Of a stretch of 64,000 nucleotides of DNA, positions 1 to 8,597 are shown piece after piece (positions within the stretch are counted from its first letter, which is position 1; every line of letters starts with the position of its first letter). Source of the DNA: an uncultured Devosia sp. (lineage in GTDB: Bacteria; Pseudomonadota; Alphaproteobacteria; Rhizobiales; Devosiaceae); contig NZ_CAXTKA010000013.1 of NCBI RefSeq assembly GCF_964244875.1, positions 41,577 to 105,576 on the forward strand, read 5' to 3'. Both the position numbers and the translations under genes were made by a program. Below the pieces are notes generated by a model. That model did no database searches, was not told where the DNA came from, and saw nothing but the letters and a program-made list of their open reading frames with translations.

Positions 1-180
1 TTGATGCCGGGCATGTCCGGCACGGAACTTGCCCGCGCGCTGCTGGCCGGCCAGCCAGGGATGAAGGTGCTGGTCGTGTCCGGGTATGCGGACGTCGAAG
101 GGATCGCTCCGGACCTTGCGCGCCTGACCAAGCCCTTCCGGCACCATGATCTGGCGGCAGGCCTTGCGGCGCTGGGTTAA
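1..180 (+). CDS. C-terminal receiver (REC) domain, partial; probably the end of a hybrid kinase or response regulator
   Basis: Manual translation of frame 1: LMPGMSGTELAR...VVSGYA...LTKPF...*; not in the ORF track. Confidence 0.85.
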   Translation: MMPGMSGTELARALLAGQPGMKVLVVSGYADVEGIAPDLARLTKPFRHHDLAAGLAALG

Positions 181-264
181 TGCATGGGCCTGGCCGGCCG
201 ATGGGCGAGCGCCCCCGTCGTCATGGTGTTCGGGTGACGAAATTGTTCTTGGAAGCCAATTCAG

Positions 265-2346
265 ATGTCCGGCGTTGTAGGGGTGACAACCCCAGGAGCT
301 GCCGTGGCCGACGCTGACCAAGACCAAGTTCCTTTTTTCTTGTTGAGCGACACGAACCTGGCACAACAGATCCGGTCTTTTGACTGGGGCAGCACGCCGC
401 TTGGCCCTCCCTCGTCCTGGTCCGCTTCGTTCCGCTCGATGCTCCAATTGCTGCTGGCGAGCAAGCAGCCAATGTTCCTGGCCTGGGGCGCCGAGCGGAC
501 ATGGCTCTATAACGACGCGTTCGTTCCGATCATGGGGCGCAAACACCCAGCTTTGCTGGGCCGGCCGATGCAGGCGGTGTGGGATGAAGCCTGGACCAGT
601 TTGGAGCCGCTCGTGCAGCGCGCCTTCCAGGGCGAGGCGATCCACCAGACGGGCTTTTTTGTTCGGCTCGACCGGCGGGGCGCCGTGGAGGACGCATACT
701 TCAATTTCTCCTATACCCCCATGGTCGCGTCGGACGGCAGCGTAGAGGGGCTGTTCGGCATATGCACCGAAACAACCGGCAGCGTGCTTGCGAACCAGGA
801 AGGCCTGGCCACCGCCTTGAAAGAGCGCGACCGCATATTCGAGATGAGCCCCGACTTGTTCGCCGTGGCCACGTTCGAGGGCATGCTGAGATCGATCAAC
901 CCGGCCTGGTCCCGCCGTCTGGGCAGGCCCGACAGCTTTTTGACCAGCCATCCCTTCAGCGAAATCATCCACCCGGACGACCTGGCCGAAACAGGCGCCG
1001 TGGTTGCTGAATTGCAGGCGGGACGACCCGTTCACCAGTTTCATGTGCGGCTCCTCACCGACCAGAACTTGCCCATCTCCTTTGCCTGGTCGGCCGTGCC
1101 GGGGGTCGAACCGGGCACCTTCTACACCGTCGGCCGCGACATTACCGAGGAAACCGCCGCGGCAGAAAGCCTGCGAGCCGCGCAGGAAGCGTTGCGGCAA
1201 TCCCAGAAAATGGAAGCGGTCGGGCAGTTGACGGGTGGCATTGCCCACGACTTCAACAACATCATCGCCGGCGTCAGCGGAAGCCTCCAGATCATGACCA
1301 CACGGCTCGCCCAGGGTCGTATCGGGGAGGTCGAGCGATACCTGTCGGCGGCCTCAAGCGCTACCCGCCGCGCTGCAGCCCTGACGCAACGACTTTTGGC
1401 TTTCTCGCGACGCCAGACCCTGGACCCCAAGCCTACCGATTTGAACCGGCTGGTGGAGGGCCTGCTGGACCTCATTCATCGCAGTGTCGGTCCGGAGATA
1501 GCCGTCGAGATGGTTGGCAAGGCCGGCATCTGGCCAACCTTCGTGGACGCGAGCCAGCTGGAAAATTCCCTGCTCAACCTGTGCATCAATGCCCGCGATG
1601 CCATGCCGGATGGTGGCAAGATCACCGTGGAAACCGCAAACCGCTGGATGGACGAACGTGCTGCCCAAGAGCGTGGATTGGTTCCCGGCCAATATGTGTC
1701 GCTTTGTGTCAGCGACACCGGGATGGGCATGCCGGCAGACGTCATCGAGCGGGCGTTCGAGCCTTTTTTCACTACCAAACCCGTCGGTCAAGGCACCGGG
1801 CTTGGGCTGTCCATGGTGCACGGGTTTGCCGGTCAATCGGGGGGAACGGTTCGCATCTATTCCGAAGTCGGCGAGGGCACCATGGTGTGCATCTACATAC
1901 CGCGCCTTGTCGGGGATGCAGTCGATGAAGCGGTCGATGGCCAACAGAAGACTGACTCACAGCAGGTGAACGGCGGGCCCACCATCATGCTGGTCGATGA
2001 TGAGCCACTGGTCCGCATGGTGGCTGCCGAGCATCTTGCCGATCTCGGTTACCGGGTCATCGAGGCTGCCGACGCCAGCGAGGCCCTGAGAATGCTGGAC
2101 GCACAAACGTCAATTTCGCTGCTGATCACTGATGTTGGCCTGCCCGGTGGCATGAATGGCCGCCAACTGGCCGATATCGTGCGGGAAAAGCGTCCGAACC
2201 TGGAAGTGCTGTTCATCACCGGCTATGCGGAGAATGCCGTGCTCAACCACGGGCATCTGGCCCATGGCATGCACATGATGAACAAGCCATTTCAGCTCGA
2301 CGCCTTTGCGCGCAAGGTGCGCAACCTGCTGGGATCTTCAGCCTGA
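265..2346 (+). CDS. Hybrid sensor histidine kinase (PAS-like/PAS, HisKA, HATPase, REC)
   Basis: GIAHDFNN H-box, NLCINARDAM N-box, DTGMGM and GTGLGL G-boxes, C-terminal LVDDE...DVGLPGGMNG...KPF. Confidence 0.95.
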   Translation: MSGVVGVTTPGAAVADADQDQVPFFLLSDTNLAQQIRSFDWGSTPLGPPSSWSASFRSMLQLLLASKQPMFLAWGAERTWLYNDAFVPIMGRKHPALLGRPMQAVWDEAWTSLEPLVQRAFQGEAIHQTGFFVRLDRRGAVEDAYFNFSYTPMVASDGSVEGLFGICTETTGSVLANQEGLATALKERDRIFEMSPDLFAVATFEGMLRSINPAWSRRLGRPDSFLTSHPFSEIIHPDDLAETGAVVAELQAGRPVHQFHVRLLTDQNLPISFAWSAVPGVEPGTFYTVGRDITEETAAAESLRAAQEALRQSQKMEAVGQLTGGIAHDFNNIIAGVSGSLQIMTTRLAQGRIGEVERYLSAASSATRRAAALTQRLLAFSRRQTLDPKPTDLNRLVEGLLDLIHRSVGPEIAVEMVGKAGIWPTFVDASQLENSLLNLCINARDAMPDGGKITVETANRWMDERAAQERGLVPGQYVSLCVSDTGMGMPADVIERAFEPFFTTKPVGQGTGLGLSMVHGFAGQSGGTVRIYSEVGEGTMVCIYIPRLVGDAVDEAVDGQQKTDSQQVNGGPTIMLVDDEPLVRMVAAEHLADLGYRVIEAADASEALRMLDAQTSISLLITDVGLPGGMNGRQLADIVREKRPNLEVLFITGYAENAVLNHGHLAHGMHMMNKPFQLDAFARKVRNLLGSSA

Positions 2347-2485
2347 AGACGGCGCCGCCCGTTCATCATGTGCTTCGAGCGAGCAGCGGCCGCGACGGTT
2401 CCTTGCATCTGGGATGCGAGGGTCACCATTGTGGCTGACCTGGCCTCGCATCGCCGATCCTTCCGCCGGTAAACCCGAGCGGGCC

Positions 2486-3211
2486 TTACCAGGGCACCTG
2501 GGTTTGCTCGAAGTAAAAGGCGCCGTTGGGGCCTGAGGCGTCGAGCGTAGCCAGCCAAACGATGCCGGCGGCAGCCTGCTCGACAGTGCGATAGCCAGTG
2601 TGGCCGTTAAAATCGGTCGCAGTGTAGCCGGGGTCGGCCGCGTTGACCTTGATGGCGGTATCGGCCAGTTCTTTGGCGAAGGCGACGGTGACCGCATTCA
2701 AGGCGGTCTTGGAGCTGTTATAGCCCAGGATGTTGACGCCGAAGAACATATTGGCCGGGTCCGACAGCCAGCCAAGAGACCCCAATCCGCTACTCACCAT
2801 GACGATGTTGGCACGCTCCGCGGCCTTGAGCAGCGGCAGGAAAGCCTGGGTGACGCGGATTGGCCCGAAGACATTGGTTTCGTAAATGGCCCGAATATCA
2901 TCGACGCCCTGCTCGCTCGGGGCAACAGGTTGCCGGCCTGGAATGCCAGCATTGTTGATCAGGATATCCAGCTTTCCGTCATGGTCGGAAACCCATGCCG
3001 CAGCGTCGCGTATGCTGGCTTCGTCGGTAACGTCAATCGATAGCGGACGGATGTCCAAGCCTTCGGCCACCAACGCTTGTGCTGCCGACCGCCCGCGCTC
3101 GAGGTCACGGGCGCCCAGCAAAACCCGATAGCCCAGCTTGCCGAGTTGTCGCGCCGTTTCGTACCCGATGCTTTTGTTCGCACCGGTGATGAGTGCCGTC
3201 TTGTTCGTCAT
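2486..3211 (-). CDS. SDR family NAD(P)-dependent oxidoreductase
   Basis: TGANKSIG, NNAG and YNSSK motifs; start moved to the ATG at 3211 behind a GGAG RBS. Confidence 0.93.
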   Translation of the reverse strand: MTNKTALITGANKSIGYETARQLGKLGYRVLLGARDLERGRSAAQALVAEGLDIRPLSIDVTDEASIRDAAAWVSDHDGKLDILINNAGIPGRQPVAPSEQGVDDIRAIYETNVFGPIRVTQAFLPLLKAAERANIVMVSSGLGSLGWLSDPANMFFGVNILGYNSSKTALNAVTVAFAKELADTAIKVNAADPGYTATDFNGHTGYRTVEQAAAGIVWLATLDASGPNGAFYFEQTQVPW

Positions 3212-3299
3212 TGCATTGCTCCTTGTGGCCAAGTGGCCTCGGTGCAGACGGTGTAGCGTTGTTTTGGGTGGTTTGAGAATCGACTAAAAACCGCATACC

Positions 3300-4211
3300 T
3301 TGATCGGCATGGCGAACAATGACGAGCGCATGCACCTTGATGATCTGTCGGTCTTTCTGGCCGTTCTGGAGAGTGGCGGGTTTCGGACCGCAGCCAAGCG
3401 GCTTGGTCTTTCTGCGTCCAGTGTGAGCGAAAAGATCACCCAGCTGGAACTGCGACTGGGCGTGCCGCTTCTGATCCGGACAACCCGAAGCCTGTCGGCA
3501 ACCGAAGCCGGCAGGTCGCTCGCCAATCGAATCGCGCCGCTGTTCATCGAGACCCGGGCCGCGCTGCAGGATGCGGCGAGCGCACAACAGACGGTGCGTG
3601 GCCTGCTCAAGCTGAACGTGACCGGTGCCGTGATGGTGGATATCCTGCCGCCGATCATCGACCGCTTCCTGGCTCGTCATCCCGAGGTGCGGGTCGAGAT
3701 CATGGTCGAAGATCGGCTCGTCGACGTAACCGCTGCAGGCTGCGATGCTGGCATCCGCTATGGAGAGCATTTGGCCCAAGACATGATTGCCATTCCCATC
3801 GGTCCTCGCACCCAACGCCTGGCCTATGCAGCGGCACCGTCTTACCTGCAAGAGCGCGGCATTCCGCAGCACCCCCGAGACGTCCTGAAGCATGATTGTG
3901 TGCGGATGCGCTTTTCCAGCGGCGCGCTCGTAGAGTGGAGTTTCGAGCGGGCGGGAGAGACGCTTACGCTCGATCCACCTGGTCGGCTCATCATCGGGGT
4001 CGATGCAGCACCCGCGGCGATCAATTTTGCACGCGACGGACGCGGCATTGTCGGCACTTTCGAGAACTGGCTCATGCCCTATTTATCGGATGGTACGTTG
4101 CAACCGGTCCTAGCGGATTGGTGGACCAGATTCGAGGGTCCCTGGATCTATTTCTCCAAGCGTTTCATGCCCGCGCCATTACGGGCTTTTCTCGATATGC
4201 TGACGGATTGA
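3300..4211 (+). CDS. LysR family transcriptional regulator (CrgA-like), divergent from the SDR
   Basis: N-terminal HTH F..AA..LG.S.S.VS..I..LE..LGVPLL.RTTR. Confidence 0.95.
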   Translation: MIGMANNDERMHLDDLSVFLAVLESGGFRTAAKRLGLSASSVSEKITQLELRLGVPLLIRTTRSLSATEAGRSLANRIAPLFIETRAALQDAASAQQTVRGLLKLNVTGAVMVDILPPIIDRFLARHPEVRVEIMVEDRLVDVTAAGCDAGIRYGEHLAQDMIAIPIGPRTQRLAYAAAPSYLQERGIPQHPRDVLKHDCVRMRFSSGALVEWSFERAGETLTLDPPGRLIIGVDAAPAAINFARDGRGIVGTFENWLMPYLSDGTLQPVLADWWTRFEGPWIYFSKRFMPAPLRAFLDMLTD

Positions 4212-4276
4212 GGTTGTACCGAGCGCCTCTCGCTGTGCAGGTCAGGGCAGTTCATCGCTTCAGAGCCGGTCGTCCA

Positions 4277-4699
4277 TCAGAGCGCGCGCCTGCCCGGCGC
4301 GTTCAAGATGACCTCTCCATCTTCCTTGGTGAACGGGCCAATATCCGGGTTGGGCAGGATATCGAGCACGACTTCTGAAGGCCTGCAAAGCCGGGTGCCC
4401 TGCTGTGTCACCACGAAAGGCCGGTTGAGCAGGATTGGGTGCATGGCGATGGCATCGAGCAGCGCCGCGTCGTCCAGATGGGGATTGTCGAGGCCAAGGC
4501 CGGCGTAAGGGGTATCCTTCTGGCGCAGCGCCTGGCGCAGGGTCAGTCCGGAAGCCGCAACCAGACCTTTGATCGTGTCGCGGCCGGGCGGCGTTTGCAG
4601 GTAAAGGATGATCCTGGGTTCCTCGCCGGACTGGCGGATCATCGCCAGCGTGTTGCGGGACGTGCCGCAATCGGGGTTGTGGTAGATGGTGATTGTCAT
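4277..4699 (-). CDS. arsC: Arsenate reductase, glutaredoxin-dependent
   Basis: HNPDCGTSR catalytic motif and NRPFVV...RLCRP; C-terminal part of ORF 4277..5440; ATGA overlap with the aquaporin. Confidence 0.95.
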   Translation of the reverse strand: MTITIYHNPDCGTSRNTLAMIRQSGEEPRIILYLQTPPGRDTIKGLVAASGLTLRQALRQKDTPYAGLGLDNPHLDDAALLDAIAMHPILLNRPFVVTQQGTRLCRPSEVVLDILPNPDIGPFTKEDGEVILNAPGRRAL

Positions 4700-5385
4700 G
4701 ATGCAGCTTTCGTTTCGTCCATGGCCAGCCCCGGTCCGTGCAACAGCCAGGTCATCAGGGCCAGCCCCAGCAATGCACCGACCAGTTGAGCGGCGATGAA
4801 CCCGGGCAGGTCCAGCGGACGGATGCCCGAAAATGTGTCGGTCAGGGACCGAGCGATGGCCACGGCGGGATTGGCAAACGAGGTCGATGCGGTGAACCAG
4901 TAAGCAGCGGTGATGTAGAGCCCGACCAGCCAGGGGACGGCAGTCCGCTGGAAGCGCAGTCCGGCCAGAATGACGGTGACCAGGCCAAAGGCAGCTACGC
5001 CCTCGGAAAGCCATTGTGGCCCACCCGTGCGGACGTGTGTCGACACTTGCAGCACGGACTGGGCAAACATGAGATGCGCGGCCATCGTGCCGGTGACGCC
5101 ACCAATTACCTGAACCAGGATATAGAGCCCCGCGTCTGCCGTCTTCAGCTCTTTCCGAAGGGCAAAAACCCATGATATGGCGGGATTGAAATGCGCCCCG
5201 GATATCGGCCCAAATATGGTGATCAACACCACCAGAATAGCGCCCGTGGCGAGGGTGTTGGCAAGCAGTGCCAAACCCGAATCGGTGGTCAGTGTCTGCG
5301 CCATGATCCCCGAACCGACGACGGTGGCGACCAGCAACCCGGTCCCCAGACCTTCTGCCACCAGGCGGCGGGCCAGATTGCTCAT
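4696..5385 (-). CDS. MIP/aquaglyceroporin, AqpS-like arsenite channel
   Basis: Two NPA motifs (HFNPA, FANPA); lies between arsR and arsC. Confidence 0.9.
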   Translation of the reverse strand: MSNLARRLVAEGLGTGLLVATVVGSGIMAQTLTTDSGLALLANTLATGAILVVLITIFGPISGAHFNPAISWVFALRKELKTADAGLYILVQVIGGVTGTMAAHLMFAQSVLQVSTHVRTGGPQWLSEGVAAFGLVTVILAGLRFQRTAVPWLVGLYITAAYWFTASTSFANPAVAIARSLTDTFSGIRPLDLPGFIAAQLVGALLGLALMTWLLHGPGLAMDETKAAS

Positions 5386-5741
5386 GATGCGGCGGAGGTC
5401 GGTACGCGGCAATTTGCGGCCGTCTGGGCAGCCGGCGCACAAATCTCGGGTCGACCCTGGCAGCAATCCTCCATCAGGAAGGCGATGAGCCCGGCCAAGC
5501 CATCATAGTTGGCACAATAGATGATGGAGCGAGCCTCGCGCCGCGAGGTGATCAACCCAGCTCTTTCCAAGTGCGACAGATGAAACGACGCACTTGATGA
5601 GGAAGCGCGCACCGCAGCGCCGACGGCTCCGGCGGCCAGGCCATCGGGCCCCGCGACCACAAGGGTGCGGACCATCCTGAGTCGGGTTTGCTGCGACAAG
5701 GCACCAAACGCATTGAGGGCTTGATGTTCTTCCATTTTCAT
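5382..5741 (-). CDS. arsR: ArsR/SmtB repressor with C-terminal As(III) site
   Basis: wHTH SFHLSHLERAGLI; C-terminal CCQGRPEIC triad as in the A. ferrooxidans ArsR type; start may be 5735. Confidence 0.92.
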   Translation of the reverse strand: MKMEEHQALNAFGALSQQTRLRMVRTLVVAGPDGLAAGAVGAAVRASSSSASFHLSHLERAGLITSRREARSIIYCANYDGLAGLIAFLMEDCCQGRPEICAPAAQTAANCRVPTSAAS

Positions 5742-5770
5742 TTCAATATCTCAACAATAATTGAAATGAA
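5737..5770. promoter_or_regulatory. Perfect 11-12-11 inverted repeat, probable ArsR operator
   Basis: TTCATTTCAAT-N12-ATTGAAATGAA spans most of the divergent arsR/DUF6428 gap. Confidence 0.7.
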
Positions 5771-5782
5771 GGATATCCCATC

Positions 5783-6295
5783 GTGGACGGGCACGCCACC
5801 CCTCTTGTTCCGACCGACGCCTCGCTGGACCAGTTGCTGGCGGCGCTGGAAAGCCACGAGGCCAAGCTATTGGTCATCGACTACGCCGACCGACGCATCC
5901 AGCCCGGCTACCATGTTACCGAGGTCAAGGCGGGTTCCTTCGTCACGCTGGACTGCGGCGGCAACCCCGACGCCTGGCAGGAAACCGTGCTGCAGGTCGA
6001 GGATATTGCGGCCAGCGAGGGGCGCACCTTCATGACCGTGGCCAAGTTTTGCGGCATCCTCGTCCTGGTGGACCGCAAGGTGCGGCTCAACGGCGATGCC
6101 CGGCTGACCTTTGAGGTCAGCCGTCCGGGCGAACCCATGCAGGTGTTCGACGTCGCCGATGTCGCCATCGAAAACGAAACCGCCGTGCTGCGACTCGCAG
6201 CCCGTCCGGCCATCTGCAAGCCCCGTCACCGCGCAGAGCAGGAAGCGGCGGCACCGGCCTGCTGTGCACCCCATGGCAAAACGAGCTGCTGCTAA
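5783..6295 (+). CDS. DUF6428-like Cys-rich protein
   Basis: YHVTEVK...LDCGG...WQET.LQ motif; C-terminal CKP...CC...CC. Confidence 0.75.
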   Translation: MDGHATPLVPTDASLDQLLAALESHEAKLLVIDYADRRIQPGYHVTEVKAGSFVTLDCGGNPDAWQETVLQVEDIAASEGRTFMTVAKFCGILVLVDRKVRLNGDARLTFEVSRPGEPMQVFDVADVAIENETAVLRLAARPAICKPRHRAEQEAAAPACCAPHGKTSCC

Positions 6296-6318
6296 CCGCT
6301 CCGTCCAAGGACTTCACC

Positions 6319-7545
6319 ATGACTTCGCGCATTCCGGCCCGCGCCATCTGGGCGTTGGGCGTGACCCAGATCATTGGCTATGGCACGCTCTACTATTCGT
6401 TCAGCGCGGTCGCACCGACGATCGGGCAGACCTTCGGCTGGCCGCCGGAATGGATTTTCGGCGCTCTGACCATAGCCCTGCTGGCTGGAGGATTGATTTC
6501 CCCCTTCAGCGGACACCTTGTCGACCGCTTCGGGGCCGCGCGCACGATGACAATCGGGTCCATAATCGCTGCCGCATCGCTGGCGCTGGCAGCGGTCGCT
6601 GCAGATGGGTATCTGTTTTCCGCCGCGCTGTTGCTGATGGAATTGGCCTCGACGCTGGTGCTCTATGCGGCGGCCTTTGCGGCGCTGGTGCAGCTCGGCG
6701 GCCGCACTGCGCAGCGCAGCATCACCCATTTGACGCTGATCGCCGGGTTCGCCTCCACCATCTTCTGGCCGCTTACTGCAACGTTGCTGTCCATTATGGA
6801 TTGGCGTGCCGTGTACGGAATATTCGCCGCCATCAACCTGTTGGTCTGTGCGCCGCTGCATTTCCGGCTGGGGCGGATGGGGACCGGCCTTGCCGGCGAA
6901 CCGGCAGGCGAGACCCTCAGCGATCCGAGCGCCGGGCCCGAAGGCGTTATGCCGGTAAACCGGCGTCGGATGGCTTTTGGACTATTGCTGTTCGGCTTCG
7001 CCATCGAAGGCTTCGTGCTCTCGGCCATTTTGCTGCAGATCGTTCCCATCCTGACCGCACTCGGCATGGGCAGCGGCATGCTGCTGGTAACGAGCCTGTT
7101 CGGGCCGGCCCAGGTGTTGTCGCGGCTAACCAACATGATGTTCGGCAAGGATTTTCCCGCGACCCGTCTCGGTATCGTCACGGCCTTGTTGCTCCCGGTG
7201 GGCATTGCGATCCTAGCGCTGACTGCACCATCGATTGCCTGGGCCGTCGCCTTCGCCGTGATGTTCGGCCTCGGCTCGGGTTTGACCAGCATCATATCGG
7301 GATCCTTGCCGCTCGAGCTTTATGGGCGCGAACGGTACGGCGCCAAGTTAGGATGGCTGTCCTCCGCCCGGCAGACGGCCTCGGCCGTCTCGCCCTTCAT
7401 CCTGGCCGTGGTGATGGGCCAGATCGGAGTGCCAGCGGCATTGTGGGCTACCGCCGGCATAGGATCGATTGCTATCGTCGTGTTCGCCGCCATAGCGGTG
7501 CTGGCCACTCATCCGGGAAAATGCAGGCGAGCACTGCTGCGGTGA
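6319..7545 (+). CDS. arsK: MFS arsenite/organoarsenical efflux transporter, ArsK-like
   Basis: N-terminus ALGVTQIIGYGTLYYSF, ITHLTLIAGFASTIFWP, about 12 TM segments, ars context. Confidence 0.8.
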   Translation: MTSRIPARAIWALGVTQIIGYGTLYYSFSAVAPTIGQTFGWPPEWIFGALTIALLAGGLISPFSGHLVDRFGAARTMTIGSIIAAASLALAAVAADGYLFSAALLLMELASTLVLYAAAFAALVQLGGRTAQRSITHLTLIAGFASTIFWPLTATLLSIMDWRAVYGIFAAINLLVCAPLHFRLGRMGTGLAGEPAGETLSDPSAGPEGVMPVNRRRMAFGLLLFGFAIEGFVLSAILLQIVPILTALGMGSGMLLVTSLFGPAQVLSRLTNMMFGKDFPATRLGIVTALLLPVGIAILALTAPSIAWAVAFAVMFGLGSGLTSIISGSLPLELYGRERYGAKLGWLSSARQTASAVSPFILAVVMGQIGVPAALWATAGIGSIAIVVFAAIAVLATHPGKCRRALLR

Positions 7546-7596
7546 CATGACGATCCCGGGGTCAGACTCCTGCAGGCGTCACCCGATTGCACTGGG

Positions 7597-8574
7597 CTAG
7601 GCGGCGTTGACGCCCGTGGTCACCAAGGCAGTCGCGGTCATTTCGTCCGTTATCAGGGTCGTGGGCTGCAGCGTGCGGATGGCGGCGCGGATGGCGTTGT
7701 GCTTTTCCCTGCCACCGGAGATGAGCAGTTTTTCGGGAGTGCGCTTGAGTTTGTCCAGGCTTGCCGAGATCACCCGATAGTTGACCTCGTGATCGACGAT
7801 ATCGCCATCCAGATCGATGAAATTGTACAATACGTCGCCGACGGCGCCGGCATCGATGAGCGACCGCCGGTCGGACTCCGACAGGTAGCCGGTTCGGTAG
7901 CTGGTGGTCAGCGACGAGATGCCGCCAACCGACAAGATCGCGACGTCGAGCTTTTCGGCCATTTCAAAGATTGCCGACAGGCCGCATCGCTCGAGCAGGG
8001 CATGTCGGGTATCGGGGCTGTCGACGACGGCGGGGGCGGGGATCAGGAAGCCTTCGGCCTGAAACAGTTCGGCAAACTGCCAGGCAAATTCGGCGGGGTT
8101 GAAGCGGCGTGCCGCCGCTATCCCCCCCAAGAGCGAAACGACACGAAAGCTGTCCAGCGTGCCACCTGAAATGAAGGGCAAGGTGTTGTAAAGCGTGCGC
8201 CCCCAGCCGACGCCGACGGTCATTCCGGGTCGCATGAGCGCCGAAATCACGCTGCCCGCCGCGGCGGCGATGACCCGTGTCGGATCGCCCTCGGGATCGG
8301 AGAACGGGGCCACCACCACGCGGCCGATGCCAAAGCGGAGCTCCACCTGCCGTTCCAGGCTCACCAGTTCGGCCAGCGGGGCGGAGATCGTCACCCGAAC
8401 TTCGTTGCGCAGGCGGGCGTCGGCAAGCAGGCGGACCACGGCGATGCGGTTGATGCCCAAAAGATTGGCAATCTCGTTCTGGGTTCGTCCTTCGACGTGG
8501 TAAAGCCAGACGGCTCTCGCCCGAAGGCGGTCCGGTTCCTTCTGGGTAAGGGCGGCGATAACGGCCGGCTCCAT
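7597..8574 (-). CDS. SorC/DeoR-type sugar-binding transcriptional regulator
   Basis: AVWLYHVEGRTQNEIA HTH, VGVGWGRTL, GAVGDVL; true start at 8574 inside the chimeric 729-aa ORF. Confidence 0.93.
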   Translation of the reverse strand: MEPAVIAALTQKEPDRLRARAVWLYHVEGRTQNEIANLLGINRIAVVRLLADARLRNEVRVTISAPLAELVSLERQVELRFGIGRVVVAPFSDPEGDPTRVIAAAAGSVISALMRPGMTVGVGWGRTLYNTLPFISGGTLDSFRVVSLLGGIAAARRFNPAEFAWQFAELFQAEGFLIPAPAVVDSPDTRHALLERCGLSAIFEMAEKLDVAILSVGGISSLTTSYRTGYLSESDRRSLIDAGAVGDVLYNFIDLDGDIVDHEVNYRVISASLDKLKRTPEKLLISGGREKHNAIRAAIRTLQPTTLITDEMTATALVTTGVNAA

Positions 8575-8597
8575 GCGTGCCTCACGAGGGGTAACAT

